IMG/VR virus record: IMGVR_UViG_3300023202_000061
Strand: one strand, 5' to 3'
Source: a virus
Lineage: Duplodnaviria; Heunggongvirae; Uroviricota; Caudoviricetes
DNA length: 64,000 nt
This document shows, piece by piece, positions 1 through 8,396 of the stretch (position 1 is the stretch's first letter; the number at the start of each line of letters is the position of its first letter). The notes beneath the pieces were generated by a model, which saw nothing but the letters and a program-made list of their open reading frames with translations, was not told where the DNA came from and searched no databases. Made by a program: the position numbers and the translations under genes.

Positions 1-699
1 GCGCTCATGATTATCCGTGGCAAACTTCTGAGCCATGGTGCTCTTGCCGGTGCCAGGAGGGCCGATGAACAGATAGCTTCTGGAAATCTTTTTGTTCCTG
101 AAGACTCGGTGTTCACCGATGAACTTTTGCATCACCCTTTCGGCCTTACCAAATTGTCTGTTAAGGATAGGTTCGAAAGCTGTGTATTTAAAGTAGTGTC
201 TCCACTGCTTGGAGAATGACTCTACTTGGATATGTTTCTTTGCTGTCTTCCAGGCTCGTTCGGCAATGATGTTGAAATCGAAATCAGGAGAATGATAGAA
301 CACTGGTTCGAACCCTATCTTAGACTCCTGATCTCTATCCAACTGTTCGAAAAGCACTATGGTCCCAACTGTCGGGTCATAGTACTCATGAATCAAAGCG
401 CCCCCAACCTTGAAGTGGTCGTGCTCTTCAAAATCCATCCCTATGTGAAGCCCGGTAAAAAACGACACAAACTGTTCAGAGTTTGTACTAACAAACCCTC
501 TGTTCTTTATCGAGAGCTGCTTCTTTTCAGGAATAACATTCTTGACGATAGTAACTATCTTAAGAGCTTTGCTTAGCTTGGTGTCCTGTCTTGTTGGGAC
601 AAGGTCCTTGATTTTCGCACACAGATCAAGGAAGTAATAGATTTGTCCACTAAAGTTAGTACGCTGGACACTAATCTTCTGCTTGGGGGTTTCTGTCAT
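1..699 (-). CDS. AAA+ ATPase, 3' end runs off the window
   Basis: Not in the ORF track; manual translation is open from ATG at 699 to base 1 and ends ...SRSYLFIGPPGTGKSTMAQKFATDNHER (Walker A GPPGTGKS). Confidence 0.8.
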   Translation of the reverse strand, partial: MTETPKQKISVQRTNFSGQIYYFLDLCAKIKDLVPTRQDTKLSKALKIVTIVKNVIPEKKQLSIKNRGFVSTNSEQFVSFFTGLHIGMDFEEHDHFKVGGALIHEYYDPTVGTIVLFEQLDRDQESKIGFEPVFYHSPDFDFNIIAERAWKTAKKHIQVESFSKQWRHYFKYTAFEPILNRQFGKAERVMQKFIGEHRVFRNKKISRSYLFIGPPGTGKSTMAQKFATDNHER

Positions 700-708
700 G
701 TTCTATAG

Positions 709-1539
709 TTAGAACCCAACAACCTCTTTAACTTCCTCATCGGAAAGATCAATACTACCAATGCACTTAAGCTCAGTATCTCCATTCATCATCTGAGCGG
801 CAGCGTATCGGTAAATACTAGCAGAAACCTTTTGGTTTCTTACTTTATGATCATATACGAGTTGTTTGATTCTCAGTAGCGCTTTCGATTTGTCTTGCTC
901 CCACTCCTGACGTAACTCAGGAATGACCTCGAAAGCTGGTCTCATTTTGATATTTGGATCGTAAGAGCGTTCTCTGTGTCTAAAGGTTGGCTCAGGTTTT
1001 GCAACCACAACCTCCTTGACCTCAGGCTCAGCCCCAGCTCTACCGTACCCTGCGCGCCGAAATGAGGCAAGCCCTTTGATCTCATTATTGGAAACAGCCA
1101 GACGAAAACCCTTAATGAATTCCTCTTCGGAAAGAGAACAATCATTTGTGCGAGAGAAAACGTTGTAGATTTCTTTCGCTGGCATTCGCTTGTTGCCCCT
1201 TAGATTCTTATCAAGGAAAGAGTTGAGAGGTTCAATCAGAGATGCAAAGGCATCTTCTTTATGCCCACCTCTGGTGACTGGCTCTCCAACCCTATGGTAT
1301 CCAACACCTCGGACACCTTCGACACCTTTGATTCTCTTGACCTTAATGGCCGCCTTCAATCCAAAGATGAAGTCTTTGGGAGTCTCTACGCACTCGTATT
1401 CCTCACAGAATTTGTCGTAGATATCTCTCGCAGTCATTGAGTTGGAACCCTTGATGTGTTCATCAAGAAACTCTTGGATGTACTCAAATTGGTACTCAAG
1501 GTTTGCAATCGCATCTTGTTCGTACTTAGTGAGAGTCAT
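709..1539 (-). CDS. hypothetical protein with an internal duplicated ~55-aa domain
   Basis: 276 aa; MTARDIYDKF...FIFGLKAAIK...GYHRVG resembles MPAKEIYNVF...FIKGFRLAVS...GYGRAG. Confidence 0.75.
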   Translation of the reverse strand: MTLTKYEQDAIANLEYQFEYIQEFLDEHIKGSNSMTARDIYDKFCEEYECVETPKDFIFGLKAAIKVKRIKGVEGVRGVGYHRVGEPVTRGGHKEDAFASLIEPLNSFLDKNLRGNKRMPAKEIYNVFSRTNDCSLSEEEFIKGFRLAVSNNEIKGLASFRRAGYGRAGAEPEVKEVVVAKPEPTFRHRERSYDPNIKMRPAFEVIPELRQEWEQDKSKALLRIKQLVYDHKVRNQKVSASIYRYAAAQMMNGDTELKCIGSIDLSDEEVKEVVGF

Positions 1540-1802
1540 TAGTTTGATTCCTCTTTCTTATAGTTGTCATCGTTGGGTACGCCTGCACCATCAAAGACAG
1601 TATCGCACAGCATAAGAAAATCTACCTTACTCATGTTGCTGTCTTTGAGGTGACCAGCAGCAATGATAAGCAGAGTAACCACACCTTCGGTAAGGGTTGG
1701 GTTGTGCTTGTTGATTGTTTCTACAATCTCTTTCTGTAGGTCCTTGGTCTTTTCAAGGTAGCCCATGATGCTGAGCACTGCTTCTGGAATCTGTGCGTTC
1801 AT
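1539..1802 (-). CDS. hypothetical protein
   Basis: 87-aa ORF abutting the downstream gene, co-oriented. Confidence 0.7.
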   Translation of the reverse strand: MNAQIPEAVLSIMGYLEKTKDLQKEIVETINKHNPTLTEGVVTLLIIAAGHLKDSNMSKVDFLMLCDTVFDGAGVPNDDNYKKEESN

Positions 1803-1836
1803 TATGTATCCCCTTCGTATCCTTCATGAAATATAA

Positions 1837-1860
1837 AGGGCCGGGAGTTACCCCGGCCCT
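1837..1860 (-). terminator. GC-rich hairpin, probable intrinsic terminator after Ku
   Basis: AGGGCCGGG-agttac-CCCGGCCCT, 9-bp stem just downstream of the Ku stop, followed by a short T-rich tract on the minus strand. Confidence 0.6.
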
Positions 1861-1874
1861 CATCGCAGTGCGAC

Positions 1875-2768
1875 TTAACTTGCTTTCTTCTTGACGCGAG
1901 CTGCCTTACGCTTCATGGCAGCCTCAACCAGAGCGTCTAGCTTATCCTCTGGCATACCAGCCTTGATGAAGCCAGCACGAATCTCTGCGCGCTCATCAGC
2001 CTTCGTCTTACGCTTGGCCTTAGCCTTCTTAGCGGGCTTGATTTCACCGCCAGCAAGCTTGGTCTTGACAGCCTCGGTTACCTTCTCATTGAAAGTGTCC
2101 GTGTAAGAGCTGACATCAAGCTTGTCCTTGGTGAACTGGTCGATGACAATTTCACAAGAGGCATACTCAAGGTCGTCAATTTCAACGTCAGCGCACTTGT
2201 TATCAAAGGCACGAACCTCAGAGTTGTAGTACATCTGATGAATCAGAAGACCTTGGGCAGAAGACTTGATCAAAACCAAATGTTCTTTACCTCGTGCACG
2301 CCAGGTACCAACAGCAGCCAAGTCTCGCTCCCCAAGAACCTCATGGAGAAGTTTGTATTGACGGTCACTCTTATCAGGAGCGGTGTAGAACGTCTTCTCG
2401 ATGTGAAGCGGATTGATCTCACCTACCGGAACGAACTCCTTGAGGTCTAGGGTGTCACGCTTTTCAGCCTGCATGTTCGCCACCTCTTCTTCGGTGAAGT
2501 GAACATACTTACCTTTCTCGTACTCATAACCTTTGACGGTACTGGTACGAGAAAGCATCTTTGCACCCTTCTTGACGTTGACCGTCTTGGAATCACCTGA
2601 CTCATCCACAGTCATGTCATCAGCATCGACAAGCAGTTGCTTCACAGGATTCCCCGTCTCGGGGTTGATCATCTTGAAGCTAACATGCTCTGACGAAGCA
2701 GAGAGATACATCTTGATGGGTACGTTGAGGATACCCAGTGAAATTGATACGGAACCTACTGCTCTCAT
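1875..2768 (-). CDS. ku: Ku DNA end-binding protein (prokaryotic NHEJ Ku family)
   Basis: MRAVGSVSISLGILNVPIKMY...VKGYEYEKGKYVHFTEEEV...LKEFVPVGEINPLHIEKTFY...GKEHLVLI...HQMYYNSEVR matches the bacterial Ku core; basic C-terminal tail; start moved to 2768. Confidence 0.92.
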   Translation of the reverse strand: MRAVGSVSISLGILNVPIKMYLSASSEHVSFKMINPETGNPVKQLLVDADDMTVDESGDSKTVNVKKGAKMLSRTSTVKGYEYEKGKYVHFTEEEVANMQAEKRDTLDLKEFVPVGEINPLHIEKTFYTAPDKSDRQYKLLHEVLGERDLAAVGTWRARGKEHLVLIKSSAQGLLIHQMYYNSEVRAFDNKCADVEIDDLEYASCEIVIDQFTKDKLDVSSYTDTFNEKVTEAVKTKLAGGEIKPAKKAKAKRKTKADERAEIRAGFIKAGMPEDKLDALVEAAMKRKAARVKKKAS

Positions 2769-2772
2769 TTTT

Positions 2773-3180
2773 TCATTCTCCTTTGAACGTTTCGTACATA
2801 CAGAACCCAGCGTTTTCTTCAACGATGGGCAGATTGAGTTTTACATGTCGCTGTGTGTCAGTGTTACCAATATCTCGGCGAACACTGATGAAAGCATGAC
2901 CTCCAGGCTTGAGCCTAGACTCGATGTCATGAATAATCCAAGCTTGAGTATCTTCGTCAACTACATTGAGCACGTAGTTGCAAATGATAGTGTCGAACTT
3001 TCCCTTGGGAATGTTCGGGAAAAAGTAAGGGTCGTAAGATTCAAAACCCAGCTCTCCAGCATCGAAACCTCGGCCACATCCGTAGTCCAAGACTCTTCCA
3101 CCCAGTTCGCCTCGCTCTTCTAGAAGTTTAGCAGGAGCAGAGAGTTTGCTCCGTGTAATCGCAGTGCGGTGTGGTTCATT
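2773..3180 (-). CDS. class I SAM-dependent methyltransferase domain, DNA-phosphorothioation-associated putative MTase type
   Basis: HRTAITRSKLSAP...VLDYGCGRGFD...YDPYFFP...FDTIICNYVLNVV, recalled as the MTase module of the TIGR04096-like family. Confidence 0.75.
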   Translation of the reverse strand, partial: NEPHRTAITRSKLSAPAKLLEERGELGGRVLDYGCGRGFDAGELGFESYDPYFFPNIPKGKFDTIICNYVLNVVDEDTQAWIIHDIESRLKPGGHAFISVRRDIGNTDTQRHVKLNLPIVEENAGFCMYETFKGE

Positions 3181-3352
3181 CATCAGCAAGATCAAATTCT
3201 TTCATGGGACAGTTTTCTGAATGGTCCCAGTGTTTTTGATTCCCACAGTAAGAACAGGAAGGACTGCCGTTGTGAGTGGGCTGAACCCACACAACATTCG
3301 AGAGCAAGTCTCGCAGCCTTTCGTTCTCCTTTCTCAGCTCTTTTTTCTTCAT
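3176..3352 (-). CDS. small putative Zn-binding protein (58 aa)
   Basis: Manual translation MKKKELRKENERLRDLL...CSYCGNQKHWDHSENCPMKEFDLADE; below the track length cutoff. Confidence 0.55.
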   Translation of the reverse strand: MKKKELRKENERLRDLLSNVVWVQPTHNGSPSCSYCGNQKHWDHSENCPMKEFDLADE

Positions 3353-3430
3353 TTCTGTCTCTTTCCGAAACAGCCTAGGCTGTTTTTAACACACCAGGCC
3401 AGAGTCTGTCAAGAACTTTTTTGTGGACAG

Positions 3431-3712
3431 CTACGCTGTCCGCTTCCAGGCCGGTACTTCTGGAGTAGGCAGCGCCCTGAACTCCACCTTCACGATCCTA
3501 GCGAACTGTGCGTGAGCGCGAAGGTAGTCAAGCATGATTACCCGCATCACTTTCTCATCCACATCATCTGTGATGGTACCAGAGAGAAGAACCTGACCAG
3601 AAAACTGTTTGCCGTTTTCGTACACAGGCTCAATCGTCATGTCCACAAGCTTATCCTTGACGCGGATAACTTCTGGAATTCTCGCAACAGCTAGTGTAAG
3701 AAACCTTTTCAT
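3431..3712 (-). CDS. hypothetical protein
   Basis: 93-aa co-oriented ORF. Confidence 0.65.
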   Translation of the reverse strand: MKRFLTLAVARIPEVIRVKDKLVDMTIEPVYENGKQFSGQVLLSGTITDDVDEKVMRVIMLDYLRAHAQFARIVKVEFRALPTPEVPAWKRTA

Positions 3713-3714
3713 GA

Positions 3715-4059
3715 TTACCTTAGGTATACATTGATTTTTGAAACCTTATCAAATGCAACATCCCTACCAAACTCATCTACAAAAACAGGCCACATCTTAC
3801 CAACCGTCTTCGCCACGCCCTCTGATAATGAATCTAGAAACTCTTTGTGAGGTTTGTAGTCATGTCCAAGTGCAGAAAGATCTACATCCATTCCGCCAGC
3901 AATTTTCTTAGCTTCGTCTATTGAAAAATGATGGTGCAAATGAAGCCTAGCACTAACCTTACTTGCAAAGTAAAAAGCAGGAGTTGACTTAAAGTCAATC
4001 TCTTTAAACTGCTCGAACATATCAAGCATTTGCTGTTTCATATCTTCAATTTGATTCAT
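3715..4059 (-). CDS. hypothetical protein
   Basis: 114-aa ORF, 4-nt overlap with the ligase stop. Confidence 0.7.
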   Translation of the reverse strand: MNQIEDMKQQMLDMFEQFKEIDFKSTPAFYFASKVSARLHLHHHFSIDEAKKIAGGMDVDLSALGHDYKPHKEFLDSLSEGVAKTVGKMWPVFVDEFGRDVAFDKVSKINVYLR

Positions 4060-4826
4060 GTAACATCCTTTCTAACTCGTAGAAATGAACCAGGCTTCGG
4101 CTTACCTTCTTTGGTAAGAGCCTTGTAGGTATACTCCACAACAGAACCAATCGGAGGAGGTTCCCTTGCCTCAATCTCTTTGAGACCGCCGATGTCAAAC
4201 ATCAATCCGTCTGTATTCATGACCATCAGTGAGCCTGTCAGTCCAGGGCGTGTGCCCTCGATGTGCTCAAGCACTACAGCCTCAGCTGTCATGGTCTTCT
4301 TCACTTTCAGACAGTAATTGCTTCGCCCACCAACATATGGTGAGCCAGGCATACGGAGAACCATCCCTTCGCCACCCTCATCAACAACCCTATCAAGCTC
4401 TTTGAGCAAATGTTGCCGACCCAGGCATCGTTCCTTACGTACAATAAAAGAAAGCGCTGCGGATTGGGTAATCTCAGCAGCGCTCTTAATCCTTTTCTCG
4501 TAAGGACCGGGAAGTGTTGGGGCATCGAAGATGCCATAGATGAGGTGGTCCCAGTCTCGTTCTCTTCCGCCCTTTACAGCGGACTGAACCTTTTCAAAAC
4601 CACCTCTCCCGGCCCAAAGCTCTCCATCGAGAGGTGTATCAGGCAGTCCGATGGTAAACCAATCGGGGCATCGATAGATGGTACCTAGCTTACCATCCTT
4701 TCCACGTCCGTGAAATTTCTCTCCATCCCAGTAAGCTCGATATCCATCAAGCTTCTCCATCATGAACCACCCCAGTGGATTCATGTCCTGCTTCCAAGTC
4801 TTCAGAAGCATCAAGTTCATCGTCAT
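4056..4826 (-). CDS. minimal ATP-dependent DNA ligase (adenylation + OB domains)
   Basis: Motif I EKLDGYRAYWDG, motif III LDGELW, motif IV GGEGMVLR, motif V CLKVKK, OB-fold C-terminus. Confidence 0.92.
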   Translation of the reverse strand: MTMNLMLLKTWKQDMNPLGWFMMEKLDGYRAYWDGEKFHGRGKDGKLGTIYRCPDWFTIGLPDTPLDGELWAGRGGFEKVQSAVKGGRERDWDHLIYGIFDAPTLPGPYEKRIKSAAEITQSAALSFIVRKERCLGRQHLLKELDRVVDEGGEGMVLRMPGSPYVGGRSNYCLKVKKTMTAEAVVLEHIEGTRPGLTGSLMVMNTDGLMFDIGGLKEIEAREPPPIGSVVEYTYKALTKEGKPKPGSFLRVRKDVT

Positions 4827-5691
4827 CGAACGGCTCCGGTTCAAGTTTCATCTCTAACAATTTTCTGTCAGAGTTGTAGGTTTTGATCATCCTCTTATCA
4901 AGGTCAATCCATCCACATAAATCAGGGAAGCGATAGACGGCCTTCCCGGTATACACAACAATGTTATCCCGATGCTGGTAAATACCAGGGCTGTGAGAGT
5001 GACCGCAAAGAACAACGAATTTCTTATCCTTGTTCTGTTTGGCTAGCTCTTGCAGCATCATTCCGGTACTCGCACTGGAGAACCAAGGAACCCATTCCCT
5101 ATCAGAAGGCTGTCCCTCGTGCCAAGATGACTCTTGATAGGGTGAAACATGAGTAGCGACAACAATTGTATCAGCTACTTTCATTGCTTCACGAATCTGT
5201 CCAGCCATGATGTTGGATTGCATCTGGGCTCGTGCTCTACACTTATCCAAAATGAGTCCGCGAGGATTGTGAGCAAGCTCCTTGATTACTACGAAGTCCA
5301 TTAACTCAATCTCTGTCATTGAGTTGCCGTAGTAAGCATCGTACCAACCGCCCGCACCGCAGAGAGCTACGCCATCTGCAATCATATGAAAGCCTTGGTC
5401 CAGCCAGTGAAGGTTATCAACTTTCTCAACCGTCTGTGCTGTAACCTTATCTACAACATCCCAAGATCGGTCATAGTAATCATGGTTACCAAGGACAAAG
5501 TACACAGGCTTTTCAAAACCCTTAGCCAGGTTCTCGATAGAGATACCAGCAGCGCTACCCGTAGTGATGTCCCCAGTAACTACTAGCCCAGTAGCATCAG
5601 GGTTCTCATCCTTGATGTATTGTCCGAACATGAAGCTCGGTCGTTTTCCTTTGACAAAATCAAAGTGAGTGTCTGTTGCCCAAAGTAACAT
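4747..5691 (-). CDS. calcineurin-like metallophosphoesterase
   Basis: Motifs WATDTHFD, VTGDIT, VLGNHDYY, ATHVSP, LCGHSH. Confidence 0.88.
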   Translation of the reverse strand: MLLWATDTHFDFVKGKRPSFMFGQYIKDENPDATGLVVTGDITTGSAAGISIENLAKGFEKPVYFVLGNHDYYDRSWDVVDKVTAQTVEKVDNLHWLDQGFHMIADGVALCGAGGWYDAYYGNSMTEIELMDFVVIKELAHNPRGLILDKCRARAQMQSNIMAGQIREAMKVADTIVVATHVSPYQESSWHEGQPSDREWVPWFSSASTGMMLQELAKQNKDKKFVVLCGHSHSPGIYQHRDNIVVYTGKAVYRFPDLCGWIDLDKRMIKTYNSDRKLLEMKLEPEPFDDDELDASEDLEAGHESTGVVHDGEA

Positions 5692-6305
5692 TACGGTAAT
5701 GGTGTCCTATGTACCAGCGTAATGGCTAGTACCTCAAGGGTTTCTTGTAGTTTCTCTTCTGGAATACCAGAGAACAGAGCAACAGTTGGCAAAGAATGAT
5801 CCTTCAGTGCTCTGATGAAACTTGAAACCTGTACCCTTGTACCCGATATAACACTTCCAAACTCTGGATGGTTATCAAATGTATTGTTTAGTCTGTCCTT
5901 GAACTCTTCGTCCCATTTCTTATCCCAGCCCTTCATGTCCTCCACGAGTTCTTCATAAGAAATTGTCTTGGCAGTTCCCTCATCAAGCTCTTTGATGCGA
6001 GCACTCAGCTCAGCATCGAGGGCTTCTTTGTTCTTTCTGTTCGCCTCTTTGATAGAAGCAGAGATTCCATCTACAGCATGTTCAAGGGTAAAGGTTTCTG
6101 ATACCTCTTTATCATGATACATGAAGGTAAAGTTTCTTTTACCGCCCTCAGCAATAGCAAAAGAATCTTCGTAACCGTACACCCATCCAACAAGGTCTCT
6201 TGAGTGACCGCCTTGAATCAGTAAAGGCTTTTCTCTCTCAATGTGACAGTCCCAGCCCGTCTCTTTGAGTTTCTCTACTGCCTCTTGTGGTGTGATGTCT
6301 TTCAT
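5691..6305 (-). CDS. hypothetical protein with antitoxin-like segments (addiction-module-like helix + DUF433-like C-terminus)
   Basis: DAELSARIKELDEGTAKTISYEEL and HPEFGSVISGTRVQVSSFIRAL. Confidence 0.55.
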   Translation of the reverse strand: MKDITPQEAVEKLKETGWDCHIEREKPLLIQGGHSRDLVGWVYGYEDSFAIAEGGKRNFTFMYHDKEVSETFTLEHAVDGISASIKEANRKNKEALDAELSARIKELDEGTAKTISYEELVEDMKGWDKKWDEEFKDRLNNTFDNHPEFGSVISGTRVQVSSFIRALKDHSLPTVALFSGIPEEKLQETLEVLAITLVHRTPLP

Positions 6306-6718
6306 CTCAACCTTCTATAGATTGCCTCAAGCTCTCGCTTGTACGTCTTGGGCCGTTGGGCTTTGGGCCATATGGACATCTCTCTTCGTGTCCAGTAATC
6401 GTTGTACTCTATCCTGTAGTGTGACTTGCTTTGTTTTTGAATCCACACAGGAGAAAGCCCAAACTGAGTGGCAGTGATATCCACCACTAAGTCTCCAACC
6501 ATTACGAATGCATGTTCGAAATTGAAGAACCAACCAGATACCAGCTGGGCATCGTAGCCGTGCGCTCTGAGTACTTTAGTGAGTAACCAAGAACACACCA
6601 AGCAAGAGCACTCCCAATCATCTCGGAACTTGTGTTTCTTGATAAAGGGAGCAAGCTCTTGCCTAGTTGCCTTGGCAAGCTTACGAATTTGGCTTCTCAC
6701 TGAGATACTTTTCGACAC
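6302..6718 (-). CDS. transglutaminase/papain-like fold protein
   Basis: CSCLVCSWLL...SGWF...EHAFVMVGDLVVDITATQFG: candidate Cys-His-Asp triad. Confidence 0.6.
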   Translation of the reverse strand: MSKSISVRSQIRKLAKATRQELAPFIKKHKFRDDWECSCLVCSWLLTKVLRAHGYDAQLVSGWFFNFEHAFVMVGDLVVDITATQFGLSPVWIQKQSKSHYRIEYNDYWTRREMSIWPKAQRPKTYKRELEAIYRRLR

Positions 6719-6875
6719 CGGCTAGGCTGTGGAATCTGTGAACTTTGCTGTCTGCGTAGTCTTCTACTTCAAACATGTCGTCCTCCGAGTCTGGAGAATA
6801 CAGTTCAGCATTCTTGTCTTCAGCCAATTGCTCAAGCATTCGGTACTTGAGAATGATGTCAATCTCACTCGCCAT
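6681..6875 (-). CDS. hypothetical protein
   Basis: 64-aa co-oriented ORF overlapping its neighbours. Confidence 0.6.
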   Translation of the reverse strand: MASEIDIILKYRMLEQLAEDKNAELYSPDSEDDMFEVEDYADSKVHRFHSLAGVEKYLSEKPNS

Positions 6876-7338
6876 ACTTATATCCCTTTTCTTTCAAAAG
6901 AGCTTGCCAGAATTTCTTCCGGCCAATCCGTTTTGTATCTTCGAATAACCCCAGTGACTCACAGTATGTTGTGATCTCTTTCATCTCGGATGTTCCATCT
7001 GCATTTAGCGGAAGAAACAATTCCTTTCGATGAAGGATTGGAGGATTGTCCGAACTGTATTTTCTATGTGATTCCTTTGCTGTCTTGAAGTTGTATGACC
7101 AACTCTCCGACAGCTCAGGCCATGTCTCGTTTGAGAATCCAGGGTAGTTCAGCAGGGAGATGGCGTCAACCCCTGATTTTGTGCGGACAACCTTGATGAC
7201 ATTCCATTTGGGACGGCCATGGCGCTCCTGGACACCCTTAATCAGTCTGTCCAGGAATATCTTTCCTACGCCAAGGTATGTTGGTAAGTTATCTATATCA
7301 CTTTCGTGAACGTAGTAAGCATTACCAACACGTTTCAA
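6865..7338 (-). CDS. stand-alone NPPILHRKE domain of the phosphorothioation-associated putative methyltransferase family
   Basis: KRVGNAYYVHES...ISLLNYPGF...YSSDNPPILHRKELFL...LGLFEDTKRIGRKKFWQALLKEKGY. Confidence 0.7.
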   Translation of the reverse strand: MKRVGNAYYVHESDIDNLPTYLGVGKIFLDRLIKGVQERHGRPKWNVIKVVRTKSGVDAISLLNYPGFSNETWPELSESWSYNFKTAKESHRKYSSDNPPILHRKELFLPLNADGTSEMKEITTYCESLGLFEDTKRIGRKKFWQALLKEKGYKYGE

Positions 7339-7886
7339 GAGACCTCCTCTTCATCCTCCCAGTCATCATCTTCGTCATCACACTCACAGTCGTAACCAAC
7401 GGTGTTACCACAGGTCCAGCACTCTTCACACTGGCACTGTGACTCTTCATTGCCGCAGACATTACATTCTGGCTCCGGCTCAAAGGCTGGGTCTGAGTTA
7501 AGCATGTCCAGACTCTCAGTGTTAGGGGTAAGCTCACCATTCTTCTCCTCAATCCAAGAGAAGACAACCTCAGCTGCTTTGTCGATAGCTTCCATGTAAG
7601 CATCTTCACTGCCGAACTCACACGCTTTGAAGATGGGCTCCAGCCTCTCAGCAATGGGACAGTCAGCAGTGAGGAAAGCATGAGCAGCACCAGCGGTCTC
7701 GATTCCATACCCGCAGTAGAAGAAGTCACCATCGTTAAAGTAACGGTACCCAACCTTACCAAGGGCTCGGAGAGTTTCTCCCTCTATCGTCTCACAGTTA
7801 CCACAACTAGGCACAAGGCCTTGCAGTTTCTGGTAACGCTTAGCAAGTGCACTCTCATTGTTCCAAATCTTGGATTCGTAACTCAT
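7335..7886 (-). CDS. hypothetical protein with Cys-rich, acidic C-terminus
   Basis: 183 aa; CNVCGNEESQCQCEECWTCG...CECDDEDDDWEDEEE. Confidence 0.75.
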   Translation of the reverse strand: MSYESKIWNNESALAKRYQKLQGLVPSCGNCETIEGETLRALGKVGYRYFNDGDFFYCGYGIETAGAAHAFLTADCPIAERLEPIFKACEFGSEDAYMEAIDKAAEVVFSWIEEKNGELTPNTESLDMLNSDPAFEPEPECNVCGNEESQCQCEECWTCGNTVGYDCECDDEDDDWEDEEEVS

Positions 7887-8068
7887 GGTCCGTGTTCCTT
7901 TCTTCGTTTTCTTTCGGCATCAGCTTGGTCAGCCATGCGGTCAGCTTTGTATTCCTCCCAGGAGTCGAAGGACATTGCGTACTGTTCGTCAGCATCCAGG
8001 TCATCAAAATCTACGGAACCGTCTTCAATTCCGTACTTAAGATCCTGCCAGTTATCCCACTCAATCAT
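7883..8068 (-). CDS. small acidic hypothetical protein
   Basis: Start moved to MIEWDNWQ at 8068 to remove the overlap with the upstream gene. Confidence 0.6.
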   Translation of the reverse strand: MIEWDNWQDLKYGIEDGSVDFDDLDADEQYAMSFDSWEEYKADRMADQADAERKRRKEHGP

Positions 8069-8396
8069 TAGGCTTCTCCACAAGTTCAGCTCTGCACTTC
8101 TTACAAGCTCGCATACACAAATTGCGTTGAGGGTGACGACCTCTGAACTCACGAATGCCTTCGACATCTCTTTCAGTGCACAGATTACAAGAGCCAGAAG
8201 CTTGCTTTACAACTACTTCGTTTCGTTTTGCCATCTCTTTTACCTTGGTAGATTTGACACTCACCAACCCGCCCATAGAGATGAGAGGCACCTCTTCAAG
8301 CTGGTCAGTGATGTCGTTAACTGCCTCATCAAGGTTGTCCGTATGCACTTCGAACTCTACCTCGATCTTCACAGTGTATGTTTTTTCTTTGCTCAC
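8061..8396 (-). CDS. hypothetical protein with C-terminal Zn ribbon
   Basis: CNLC...CKKC pairs. Confidence 0.7.
   Translation of the reverse strand: MSKEKTYTVKIEVEFEVHTDNLDEAVNDITDQLEEVPLISMGGLVSVKSTKVKEMAKRNEVVVKQASGSCNLCTERDVEGIREFRGRHPQRNLCMRACKKCRAELVEKPND

Noticed and set aside
7-576. Plus-strand ORFs 7-219 and 226-576, and the many antisense ORFs in the track
   Set aside because: They are shadows of minus-strand genes; 1-699 encodes an AAA+ ATPase on the minus strand
2773-5691. Pnkp-Hen1 RNA repair system (MTase + phosphoesterase + ligase)
   Set aside because: The ligase has a DNA-ligase OB domain and sits beside Ku, the MTase lacks Hen1 features, and no polynucleotide kinase P-loop is present
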